From Acutalibacteraceae bacterium (GTDB lineage Bacteria; Bacillota; Clostridia; Oscillospirales; Acutalibacteraceae): a DNA stretch of 64,000 nucleotides. Positions 9,694-18,152 of the stretch are shown here, in pieces (within the stretch, counting starts at the first letter, position 1; each line of letters begins with the position of its first letter). The stretch spans positions 98,923-162,922 of the forward strand of contig JAZPXQ010000011.1 of the NCBI GenBank assembly GCA_045543695.1, given 5' to 3'. The position numbers and the translations under genes are program-made. The notes under the pieces were generated by a model. It saw only the letters and a list, made by a program, of their open reading frames with translations, was not told where the DNA came from and ran no database searches.

Positions 9694-10977
9694 TTAATCT
9701 TTGAAGAACTGGGGTAAATATGCCTTGTGAGCCTCTTTCATTTCTTCATAGCAGGATTTTGCCTGAGCAAAGTCGCCACAAAGAGGATGAAGCATAAGAG
9801 CATTCATAGCATCCTCGTCAGAGCCCTTCATAGCTGCATCAACAGTATATTTCTCATAAGATTTAACTGTTCTCATAAGGCTTATAATATGACGGTTATT
9901 AAATTCGCCAACAGGAACAGGCTTTGCACCATCCTTACCGATAACTGCTGCAATTTCAACAATATCGTCATCATCCATAAAGCTGAGTGTTCCGTTGTTC
10001 TTAATGTTAACAACATGAACATCCTGCTTATCATTTGCAATAGAATCAATAAGAGAAACTGCTGCAAGCGAATATTTGTAGCCACCACGCTGTTCAAGAA
10101 GAGCAGGCTTAATAACAAGCTCGTTATCACTATACATTTCAAGAAGCTGTTCTTCAATTTCCATGCAAACCTGTGCACGACTCTTAGAGCCCTGTTTCAA
10201 GTGAGCAAGCTTTGCTGCACGGCTGTAATAATACTGCAGATATGATGAGGGGAAGCCTTTACAAGCTGCAAGACATTCCATATCAAAGCCATCATCGTGA
10301 ATATTTTTCATAACTGTGGGAGCAAAGTTATCATCGAAAATTGTATCGAATTTTTCTTCGCCATTAACCTTAACAGATGTAATCCAGCTAAGGTGGTTAA
10401 GACCAAGATATGTAATATCTGCATCCTCACCTACGGCTGCCTTAACATCATCAATCATTGCAATGGGAACATTGCAAAGACCCATAGTTTTTACATTGGT
10501 GTGGTTAATAAGGAACTCAGAAACAATACCGGAAGGATTTGTAAAGTTAATAAGCCAAGCATCCGGACAGATTGCTTCAATTCTTTCTGCAATATTCTTC
10601 ATTACGGGAATTGTACGAAGAGCCTTGAAGAAGCCACCTATACCTGTTGTTTCCTGACCAATAAGGTCATGTTTAAGTGGAATTGACTCATCAATATGAC
10701 GACAAGGAAGCTTACCAACACGAATCTGAGTAACAACAAAATCTGCACCCTGCAATGCAAGGTCAAGGTCATCTGTCATTATAACCTCGCAATCAATACC
10801 TGCGCTTTTAAGCATACGAACACAAAGACCACCAACAATTGTACGCTTTCTTTCGTCGATATCCATAAAAGCTACTCTTTTAAGTTTAAGTGAATCTTTA
10901 GCTTCAATAAATCCGTAAATAAGTTCGGGGCAATATGTACTACCTGAACCAATAACTGCCAAATTGATTTCTTTCAT
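9694..10977 (-). CDS. GH4 family NAD+/Mn2+-dependent glycosidase (6-phospho-beta-glucosidase-like)
   Basis: The N-terminus INLAVIGSGSTYCPELIYGF matches the CelF/ChbF/LicH-type Rossmann start. The length (427 aa) is typical of GH4. Confidence 0.8.
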   Translation of the reverse strand: MKEINLAVIGSGSTYCPELIYGFIEAKDSLKLKRVAFMDIDERKRTIVGGLCVRMLKSAGIDCEVIMTDDLDLALQGADFVVTQIRVGKLPCRHIDESIPLKHDLIGQETTGIGGFFKALRTIPVMKNIAERIEAICPDAWLINFTNPSGIVSEFLINHTNVKTMGLCNVPIAMIDDVKAAVGEDADITYLGLNHLSWITSVKVNGEEKFDTIFDDNFAPTVMKNIHDDGFDMECLAACKGFPSSYLQYYYSRAAKLAHLKQGSKSRAQVCMEIEEQLLEMYSDNELVIKPALLEQRGGYKYSLAAVSLIDSIANDKQDVHVVNIKNNGTLSFMDDDDIVEIAAVIGKDGAKPVPVGEFNNRHIISLMRTVKSYEKYTVDAAMKGSDEDAMNALMLHPLCGDFAQAKSCYEEMKEAHKAYLPQFFKD

Positions 10978-11014
10978 TTATTTCAAGTCCTTTCGGAAAA
11001 AATTTGTTAATTTA

Positions 11015-11947
11015 TCAGTCTTCAAGAAGCCAGTTTATGCAGCCTGTAACAGGAGCACAATTGAGTTTAATAAAATTGAACTTTCTGCCTGTTCTTTCTG
11101 CAACAAGCTGAGCCATTCTTTCTGTGTATTTATGTGAAGGAAGCTTTGTATGAATAGAACCGGAGAGAACTACATTAATCTCATCACCAAAATTCATTTT
11201 ATTAACGTGACCACAAATGAAATCTGCACCACGCTGTGCCATTTCCTCGACAACTTTAAGTGCTTCTTCATCGTCATTATTTGCTGCCTCAAAGAAAGCT
11301 ACAATAAGAGTTCTTAAAAATGCTTCGCCCTTTTCTTCATCTTCGAGAAGCGCAATAGAATCAAGAAGAGTAGTTCTGGAGATAATACCTGCTTTTTCAC
11401 CCATCAAAGCGGTTATCTGTGATTTTACCTTACCAAGGCAAATTTCATCATACATAATTTTGAATGCCTGTGCACCAACCCAGTGACCATTACCCTTGTC
11501 ACCTGAAAGCACATCAAAACCACCAATCTGAAGCATATTGCCATCGTTGTCAAGGCAGTTACAGCAAGTACCTGTACCACAGTTGTAGCCGATACCTGCG
11601 CCCGCACCAACACCGGCTTTAATAACAATAAAACCATCGTTATAAATTCTTGCACCTGTGATACCAAGTTTGCCAAGCTCAACCTGCATTTCGTCGTGCT
11701 GGTAGGGATGGTCAATACCTGCAAGTCCCATTAAAATACCACTGATATCGTCGAATTTAAGGTTTGCTTTTTCTAAAAGACCGTTTATACCACCTGCAAT
11801 AATACCGGCAGCCTGAGGGATAGCACCCTCAAGATTTTCGTGGTTAGAGCCTTCTGTTTCGTTCTGGGCAATAACATTTTTATTTTCATCAAAAAGAGCA
11901 AATGCAGTTTTTGTTCCGCCACCATCAACACCAATATAATACTTCAT
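11015..11947 (-). CDS. BadF/BadG/BcrA/BcrD-type ATPase (N-acetylglucosamine-kinase-like sugar kinase)
   Basis: The phosphate-1 motif YYIGVDGGGTKT is at the N-terminus. The 310-aa length suggests an ASKHA fold. Confidence 0.7.
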   Translation of the reverse strand: MKYYIGVDGGGTKTAFALFDENKNVIAQNETEGSNHENLEGAIPQAAGIIAGGINGLLEKANLKFDDISGILMGLAGIDHPYQHDEMQVELGKLGITGARIYNDGFIVIKAGVGAGAGIGYNCGTGTCCNCLDNDGNMLQIGGFDVLSGDKGNGHWVGAQAFKIMYDEICLGKVKSQITALMGEKAGIISRTTLLDSIALLEDEEKGEAFLRTLIVAFFEAANNDDEEALKVVEEMAQRGADFICGHVNKMNFGDEINVVLSGSIHTKLPSHKYTERMAQLVAERTGRKFNFIKLNCAPVTGCINWLLED

Positions 11948-11956
11948 ATAATCACC

Positions 11957-13234
11957 TTATTTTTCAATTTTTTCAAAGCACTCGTCACAAACCTCTTCAA
12001 GACAGTAAATTCCACGACGGAAATCTTCTCTGTCAATCCATCTGCCATTTGTGAAATCAGGCACAGGAACAGGAGCGCCACCCATTGCAACAGACTGTTC
12101 TGAAAGACAAGTAATTACCATCCAAGCTGCTGTATCATAAACATCAATCGGAGGCTTCTCACCTTCATATACAGCATCAACAAAGGCTGAAAGCACAAGG
12201 TAGTCCATACCACCGTGACCTGCTTTAATTCCACCTTTTTCATAAGCTACCCACAAAGGATGCTCGTACTTTTCTCTCCAGGGTGCAAAATCATCCCACT
12301 CGTGAGTCCAGCTCTGATGCTCCTTATGAGTGCCATCAATATAAATTCTTCCCTTTCCGTCTTCAGGTTCAGAATAAATACCTTTTGTACCCTGTACCTC
12401 GTAATCACGAGTATAAGGGCGAGGAAGTGTGCAGTCGTGAGTTAATTTAATTGTTTCTCCACCGGCACATTTAATGATAGTTGTAACGATGTCACCACAT
12501 TTGAAATCTGTATTATAAAGGTCATATTCTTCGCCTTTATTATCCTTAATCCACTGGTGAAGACCTCTTGCCTTACTAGCAACGGAGTTAACTGTAAGGA
12601 AACGGTTACCTCTGTTAATACGAAGAGCTTTTGAAATCGGACCTAACTGGTGAGTAGGATAAAGCTCACCGTTTCTGTTCATAAAGTTAAAGAGTCTGCC
12701 GTGAATGTTTTCTCTACCAAGGGCAATTTCATCACGCAAATCGTGACGGTAGCCACCCTCCATATGTACTATTTCACCGAAAAGACCCTGTCTTATCATA
12801 TTGAACACTGCCATTTCGTTACGACAATAGCAGCAGTTCTCAAGAAGCATACAGATTTTTCCTGTTTCTTCGCTTGTTCTTACCATCTGCCAGCATTCTT
12901 CTACTGAAGCTGCACCACCAACCTCTGTTGCTACATGGCAACCTGCTTTCATTGCATCCACTGCAATTCTGGCGTGGGTAATCCAGGTAGTTGCAATAAC
13001 AACTGCATCAAGGTCTTCTTTTTCAAACATTTCTTTATAGTCAAGATAAGCATGAACGGGGTATTCATTGTTGTTTGCTTTTTCAACAATTTCAATACCT
13101 CTTTCTGCTCTTTCGGGAACAAGGTCACAAACGGCAGGAACCTTAACCCCCTCAACCTGCAAAAGAAGCTCAAGCATACCTGAACCTCTTCCACTGATAC
13201 CAATAAATCCAATATTTGCACTTGTTTTTCTCAT
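11957..13234 (-). CDS. Gfo/Idh/MocA-family NAD-binding oxidoreductase (GH109-like)
   Basis: Rossmann start IGFIGISGRGSG lies 8 aa after ATG 13234. A longer ORF back to 13306 would precede the predicted promoter's transcription start. Confidence 0.7.
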   Translation of the reverse strand: MRKTSANIGFIGISGRGSGMLELLLQVEGVKVPAVCDLVPERAERGIEIVEKANNNEYPVHAYLDYKEMFEKEDLDAVVIATTWITHARIAVDAMKAGCHVATEVGGAASVEECWQMVRTSEETGKICMLLENCCYCRNEMAVFNMIRQGLFGEIVHMEGGYRHDLRDEIALGRENIHGRLFNFMNRNGELYPTHQLGPISKALRINRGNRFLTVNSVASKARGLHQWIKDNKGEEYDLYNTDFKCGDIVTTIIKCAGGETIKLTHDCTLPRPYTRDYEVQGTKGIYSEPEDGKGRIYIDGTHKEHQSWTHEWDDFAPWREKYEHPLWVAYEKGGIKAGHGGMDYLVLSAFVDAVYEGEKPPIDVYDTAAWMVITCLSEQSVAMGGAPVPVPDFTNGRWIDREDFRRGIYCLEEVCDECFEKIEK

Positions 13235-13274
13235 AGCAATCACGTCCCGTGGAAAAATATTCATAAGTACTATA

Positions 13275-13303
13275 ATTGTATCATATTCCATTTGTATTTT
13301 CAA
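13275..13303 (-). promoter_or_regulatory. Candidate sigma-A promoter of the Gfo/kinase/GH4 operon
   Basis: Minus strand: TTGAAA, 17 nt, TACAAT. Confidence 0.45.
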
Positions 13304-13333
13304 CAAATTAATTCAATTAATTAGGGGATTAAT

Positions 13334-13370
13334 AAAAAAAACACCCCATCTTTTCAGATAGGGTGAATTT
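13334..13370 (-). terminator. Rho-independent terminator after rpmA
   Basis: Minus strand: CACCC...GGGTG hairpin followed by T8. Confidence 0.7.
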
Positions 13371-13381
13371 TTACAACTTAA

Positions 13382-13666
13382 TTATTGCTCAACAGGATAA
13401 ACGCTAACTTTCTTGCGGTCTCTACCAAGACGCTCGAAACGAACCTGTCCATCAACAAGTGCAAAGAGTGTATCGTCTTTACCCTTGCCTACATTTGTAC
13501 CGGGGTGGATTTTTGTGCCTCTCTGTTTTACAAGGATATTACCTGCAAGAACATGCTGACCGTCTGCTCTTTTAGCACCGAGTCTTTTTGATTCGGAATC
13601 ACGGCCGTTACGAGTTGAACCCATACCTTTTTTATGAGCAAATAACTGGATATTGATTTTAAGCAT
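13382..13666 (-). CDS. rpmA: 50S ribosomal protein L27 with N-terminal propeptide
   Basis: [24 protein letters not shown]... is the Firmicutes-type L27 with the cleavable MLK..LF extension. Confidence 0.97.
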   Translation of the reverse strand: MLKINIQLFAHKKGMGSTRNGRDSESKRLGAKRADGQHVLAGNILVKQRGTKIHPGTNVGKGKDDTLFALVDGQVRFERLGRDRKKVSVYPVEQ

Positions 13667-13669
13667 TCG

Positions 13670-13990
13670 TTACACCTCCGTAGTTATCGTAACATTTTTA
13701 GGGTATTGCTTCTGGAGTTCATTTATATGAAGCTCTAAACCAAGCAATATGTCTTTTGTTTTTTCTGTACTTTCTTCAGGAAGCTTCAAGGTCATTTCAC
13801 CATCGTCCTCAACTGTTACATCTGCCTGAACGCCCATTATTTCTGTAATGGTATTTGCAGTCATATATGCAACAGAAGAAACCGCTGCGCAAACTATATC
13901 ACTACCGTGAGTGCCATAGCCAGCATGACCGATAAAACTAAAACCTAAAGGAGCACCATTTTCAGAATGAAAAAATTTAACCTTAATCAT
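13670..13990 (-). CDS. prp: Ribosomal-processing cysteine protease Prp
   Basis: Lies between rplU and rpmA. Carries the GHAG...DIVCAAVS His/Cys dyad. Confidence 0.85.
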   Translation of the reverse strand: MIKVKFFHSENGAPLGFSFIGHAGYGTHGSDIVCAAVSSVAYMTANTITEIMGVQADVTVEDDGEMTLKLPEESTEKTKDILLGLELHINELQKQYPKNVTITTEV

Positions 13991-13993
13991 TGA

Positions 13994-14305
13994 TTAAGCA
14001 TTGATGGCTGAAATTTCAACCTTTGTGTAGGGCTGTCTGTGACCCATTTTGCGCTTTTCATTCTTTTTGGGTTTGTAGGTAGCAACAACGATCTTTTTGC
14101 CCTTACCGTTTTTGATAACCTTTGCGCTAACAGAAGCACCGTCAACATAAGGAGCACCAACTTTGATACCGTCGTCTGCACCAACAGCGATAACCTTATC
14201 GAAGGTTATAGTGGAATCAGCTTCAACTTCGAGTTTTTCGATGAAGATAACATCGCCATTCTCAACTTTGTACTGTTTTCCGCCTGTTTCGATGATTGCG
14301 TACAT
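13994..14305 (-). CDS. rplU: 50S ribosomal protein L21
   Basis: [14 protein letters not shown]... is a canonical L21. Confidence 0.97.
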   Translation of the reverse strand: MYAIIETGGKQYKVENGDVIFIEKLEVEADSTITFDKVIAVGADDGIKVGAPYVDGASVSAKVIKNGKGKKIVVATYKPKKNEKRKMGHRQPYTKVEISAINA

Positions 14306-14403
14306 AGATTTTTACCTGCTTTCTTTCAGTCTCGCTAACAAGGCCACCTAAGGATTTTGGTGTTAATAGACGCACCTATAACGTCTGCCCTTAATATGCG
14401 GCG
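14306..14403 (-). promoter_or_regulatory. rplU 5' leader (possible L21-leader type ribosomal autoregulatory RNA)
   Basis: About 100-nt untranslated leader between a strong promoter and rplU. It contains the AGACG/CGTCT hairpin. Assigned by position only; I could not verify the Rfam consensus. Confidence 0.35.
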
Positions 14404-14409
14404 TTTAGT

Positions 14410-14438
14410 ATTTTAACAGAACCCGCCTTCTTTGTCAA
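14410..14438 (-). promoter_or_regulatory. Sigma-A promoter of the rplU-prp-rpmA operon
   Basis: Minus strand: TTGACA (overlapping the upstream gene's stop), 17 nt, TAAAAT. Confidence 0.55.
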
Positions 14439-15322
14439 TAGGAATTTCTGCTTTTTTCCAGCTCTTTTTTTAAATCCTCCGGTGGCTCTGCAACAAAAGT
14501 CAATTCACTATTTGTTATGGGGTGATTTATTTTGACTATTGCACAATGCAGAGCTGCCCTTTTTATGTTCGGAGTTACTTTAGCTCCATACATTTCGTCC
14601 CCAACAAGCGGATGACCTATGTAAGCACAGTGTACTCTTATCTGGTGTGTTCTGCCGGTAACCGTCTTTATTTCTAAATATGTTTGGTCTTCAAAAACTT
14701 CCATAGCCTTCCAGTTGGTTATTGCTTCGTCCCCCTGCTCACCGACAGCACGAATAGTCTTATTCATATCGGGTCTGTAAATAGGGGCGTTAATTGTGCC
14801 CTCACCTTCTAAAATCCCTTCGGCTAAAGCAATATAGGTTTTATCAAGATTACCATTCAACCTTGAAGCAACAAAAGCATTTTTAGCAAAAATCATAACG
14901 CCAGACGTAACCTTATCAAGTCTTCCGACAGCTCTCGCAACATAGCTTTCATTTCCGTTGTTTTTCAAATAAGCTGCCACAGCATTACAAAGCGTTCCGT
15001 TAGGATGATTTTTTGTAGGGTGAACGGATACCCCCGAAGGTTTATTTATAACAAGTAAATCTTCATCCTCATAAATTACAGAAAGCTCTGTTTCCCAAAG
15101 CTGTGGTGCTTCTGTTTTTTCAGGGAGATATACAACTATCGTATCACCTGTTTTAACAACATCAACAACTCTACATTCTACATTGTTCAAAAACACCGCT
15201 TTTTCTGTATGACGAAGTGTCTGAATTATCCGTGTTGATACACCGACAGACTCCCTTAAAAAGTAATAAAGAGGGGTTCCGTTGTATTCCTCGGAAACTA
15301 TGTATTCAATTTTCCTCAGAAT
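14435..15322 (-). CDS. RluA-family 23S rRNA pseudouridine synthase (RluD-like) with S4-like N-terminus, probable non-canonical start
   Basis: Catalytic core is present (GRLDKVTSGVMIF, HQIRVH). The frame stays open 46 codons upstream of GTG 15196 and encodes an S4-like segment (YYFLRESVGVSTRIIQTLRH). No ATG, GTG or TTG is present there. ATT 15322 or CTG 15319 follow AGGGAG. Confidence 0.7.
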   Translation of the reverse strand: MLRKIEYIVSEEYNGTPLYYFLRESVGVSTRIIQTLRHTEKAVFLNNVECRVVDVVKTGDTIVVYLPEKTEAPQLWETELSVIYEDEDLLVINKPSGVSVHPTKNHPNGTLCNAVAAYLKNNGNESYVARAVGRLDKVTSGVMIFAKNAFVASRLNGNLDKTYIALAEGILEGEGTINAPIYRPDMNKTIRAVGEQGDEAITNWKAMEVFEDQTYLEIKTVTGRTHQIRVHCAYIGHPLVGDEMYGAKVTPNIKRAALHCAIVKINHPITNSELTFVAEPPEDLKKELEKSRNSY

Positions 15323-15598
15323 ACCATCTCCCTGTCAAAAATGAATATGCAAATGTATATACATTGGTCAAAAAACGCTTATTGTTCAAAACTTTGTCAA
15401 AGTAAAGTCAGTTTACTTTACATTATTTTTCTTTTAGGGAAAATTCAACTATTAAAAAGTCATAGTTCTTGACATTTCTGACAGAGTTATGAACATTGTC
15501 AAGTTATGCTCTTTACACTTTTCATATTCATTTACTATTGTAATAAATGAATAAAATTCAATTCAAAGCTTAAAATATACAGTTTTTTCACAAAAAAC

Positions 15599-16414
15599 TT
15601 ATTTTATTGCAAACTCAAAAGCCTTTCTATCCTTAAATCTTGCAACAAAATCAAAGCCTGCTTCACGGGCTATTTCATAAGCTCTGGGAATCCCGGAGCC
15701 GATGCGTTCTGCATAATGGGAATCTGAGCCAACACTAACCAGTCTGCCACCTAATTCCTTGTATCTTTTTATTGTATCAACATCGGGCGCAGGCTTATTG
15801 ATTGGGTATTTTAAACCACCCATATTAATTTCCAAAGCCTTATCTTTTTCTGCACAAAGCTTCAAAATTTCATCCACTTTAGAGGAATACTTGTTTATAT
15901 CCTCAACATAACCACAAAGGTTATATATATATCTGAAGGGATAGGTAATATGTGCAAGAATTTCAAAATTTCCCCATTGAAGCATTTGGAGAAGCTCGTC
16001 AAAATACTCATTCATCAAAGCCTGAACATCAAATCCGTCAAATGTTTTAAAATCATAAAAATCAGGCATTCCTCTTAAATTATGAATGGAACCGATTATA
16101 ACATCATAGTCATTTTTATTCACAATTTCCTCTGCAAGCGCAGGAACATAGTGGGGCTGAGCCAGCTCAATACCCCTGAGTATTTCAATTTTTCCTTCAA
16201 ATGCCTTCTGAGCCTTTGAAACCTCTCTGAAGCTGCGTTCAGCTCTTTTATCAAAACCATCCTTATAAAAAACATCAACTTCACAATGGTCTGTAAAAGC
16301 AACAATTTGAATACCGTTTTGTGTCGCAACCTCTGCCATATATTCTACAGGATGATTACCATCCTGAGAGCTGTCTGTATGCGTATGTAAATCAATAATT
16401 TTTATATTATCCAT
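15599..16414 (-). CDS. PHP-family phosphoesterase (histidinol-phosphatase-like)
   Basis: The N-terminal IIDLHTHTDSSQDG motif and later His/Asp motifs (FTDHCE, GSIH, GSDSH) are present. Confidence 0.7.
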   Translation of the reverse strand: MDNIKIIDLHTHTDSSQDGNHPVEYMAEVATQNGIQIVAFTDHCEVDVFYKDGFDKRAERSFREVSKAQKAFEGKIEILRGIELAQPHYVPALAEEIVNKNDYDVIIGSIHNLRGMPDFYDFKTFDGFDVQALMNEYFDELLQMLQWGNFEILAHITYPFRYIYNLCGYVEDINKYSSKVDEILKLCAEKDKALEINMGGLKYPINKPAPDVDTIKRYKELGGRLVSVGSDSHYAERIGSGIPRAYEIAREAGFDFVARFKDRKAFEFAIK

Positions 16415-16554
16415 TTTAAAAACCTTCTTTCAAACAACTATAATATCACAAATCTTTACAAATTAACATAGTTTCTTACAAAATATATTGAAATAAACAT
16501 CTTTAAAAAAATACACATATATGGTAAAATAAAAGCATTGAAAGGAGTGACGAT

Positions 16555-17442
16555 ATGAAGCTCACTTTGAAAGCAAATTCGAAGATCAATCTACTTTTAG
16601 ATGTAACAGGCATCAAAAAAAATGGCTATCACAGTCTTTTTACTATTATGCAATCAATAAGTCTGGGGGATATTATCACGGTTGAGAAAACAAAATCCGA
16701 TAATATCACAGTATCCTGTGACACAGAGGGTGTACCAACAGATAAAAGTAACATTGTATATAAATGCGCTGAAAAGTTTTTTGAGTATGCCGATATAAAA
16801 GAAAACAAAGGTGTTCATATCCATATAGAAAAGCATACACCTTTTTGTGCAGGTATGGGTGGGGGTAGCGCTGACGGTGCTGCTGTACTTGTAGCTTTAA
16901 ATGAAATTTTTAACACAGGCTACTCAGAGAAAATTCTATGTCGTATCGGTGTTAAGGTTGGGGCAGACATTCCCTTCTGTATTGTAGGTGGTACAGCTCT
17001 AGCCCTTGACACAGGTGCAATTGTCGCTCCCCTCCCCGATTTAGAAAATTATCATATCGTTGTAGTAAAGCCTAACGATGGTGTTTCCACAAAAGAAGCT
17101 TATGCAGCAATTGATAGCTTAGATAATATGAAGCATCCAAAAAACACGGAAATGCTCGAATTTTTTGCAGACAGTGATTTTCAAAACGGACTCAGGCTTT
17201 GCTCCAATGTTTTTGAACAAGCTCTTGAAGTAAGTGGCAGAGTCGATATTAAGGATGTTTGCAACAAAAACGGAGCAATTGCCTCTTGTATGACAGGCTC
17301 AGGCTCAGCTGTCTACGGAATATTTGAAAATTATGAAGCTGCAACAAGAAGCGTAGAACAGCTTAAAGCTAAATTCAAAAGCATTTATCTTTGCACTCCC
17401 GAAAAAATCGGCGTGGAAATAATTTCTAAAGAAACTGAATAA
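16555..17442 (+). CDS. ispE: 4-diphosphocytidyl-2-C-methyl-D-erythritol kinase
   Basis: KINLLLDV and the GHMP motif PFCAGMGGGSADGAA are present. SD is AAAGGAG. Confidence 0.9.
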   Translation: MKLTLKANSKINLLLDVTGIKKNGYHSLFTIMQSISLGDIITVEKTKSDNITVSCDTEGVPTDKSNIVYKCAEKFFEYADIKENKGVHIHIEKHTPFCAGMGGGSADGAAVLVALNEIFNTGYSEKILCRIGVKVGADIPFCIVGGTALALDTGAIVAPLPDLENYHIVVVKPNDGVSTKEAYAAIDSLDNMKHPKNTEMLEFFADSDFQNGLRLCSNVFEQALEVSGRVDIKDVCNKNGAIASCMTGSGSAVYGIFENYEAATRSVEQLKAKFKSIYLCTPEKIGVEIISKETE

Positions 17443-17450
17443 ACAACCAA

Positions 17451-17490
17451 AAAACCGTCCAAAATCATTTCAGATGAAAGGACGGTTTTT
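17451..17490 (+). terminator. ispE terminator hairpin
   Basis: AAAACCGTCC ... GGACGGTTTT stem followed by a T-run. It ends 4 nt before the spoIIR ATG. Confidence 0.7.
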
Positions 17491-17493
17491 ATT

Positions 17494-18138
17494 ATGTCAA
17501 TTTTTAAATACAAAGCCTTTAACGAGAGAAAGGATAAAATTTTATTATCTGTTACATTAACTGCTATTTCCCTTTATATTGCTTTCTCCTGCACATATTT
17601 CACTGCCTCTGCGCAAAGTGTACGCAAAGATGTGGTAAGGCTTCATATTCTTGCAAACAGTAATTCCCAAATTGATCAGGATGTAAAAATAAAAGTCCGT
17701 GATGCACTTTTAGAAACAAACACGAGTATATTAAGTGATAATGTTACAAAAGAAAATGCAAAAGAACATTTTCAAAACTCCAAAAATACACTTTTAAAAA
17801 CTGCAAAAGCTACTTTAAAAGAAAACGGAGTTGACTATAATGTAAAAATCACCTTACAAGAAGAATATTTTAACACAAGAGACTATGGAAACCTTACATT
17901 CCCGGCAGGACAGTATACTGCATTAAAGGTTATTCTCGGGGAAGGCGAAGGAAACAACTGGTGGTGCGTAATGTTCCCTCCGTTGTGCATACCGGCAGCC
18001 GATGGTGTTGAAACAAACGAAAGCGTTAGTGACTACCTTTCTGAAGGTGGCGAGAAAATAGTTACCGGCGGAAATAAATACATTGTTAAATTTAAGATAT
18101 TGGAAATATACGAAGAACTAAAAGAGCTTGTGCATTAA
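17494..18138 (+). CDS. spoIIR: Stage II sporulation protein R
   Basis: Signal/TM segment, then VVRLHILANSNSQIDQDVKIKVRD and WWCVMFPPLC, which are SpoIIR signatures. Confidence 0.85.
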   Translation: MSIFKYKAFNERKDKILLSVTLTAISLYIAFSCTYFTASAQSVRKDVVRLHILANSNSQIDQDVKIKVRDALLETNTSILSDNVTKENAKEHFQNSKNTLLKTAKATLKENGVDYNVKITLQEEYFNTRDYGNLTFPAGQYTALKVILGEGEGNNWWCVMFPPLCIPAADGVETNESVSDYLSEGGEKIVTGGNKYIVKFKILEIYEELKELVH

Positions 18139-18152
18139 AGCACAAGCTCTTT
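18121..18152. terminator. 13-bp perfect palindrome shared by the 3' ends of two convergent genes
   Basis: AAAGAGCTTGTGC attaaa GCACAAGCTCTTT. Both stop codons lie in the loop. Confidence 0.55.

Noticed and set aside
13235-13306. Longer start (13306 or 13264) for the Gfo/Idh/MocA gene
   Set aside because: The predicted promoter (-10 at 13275-13280) places the transcription start downstream of 13306. ATG 13234 puts the Rossmann GxGxxG at the usual distance from the N-terminus.
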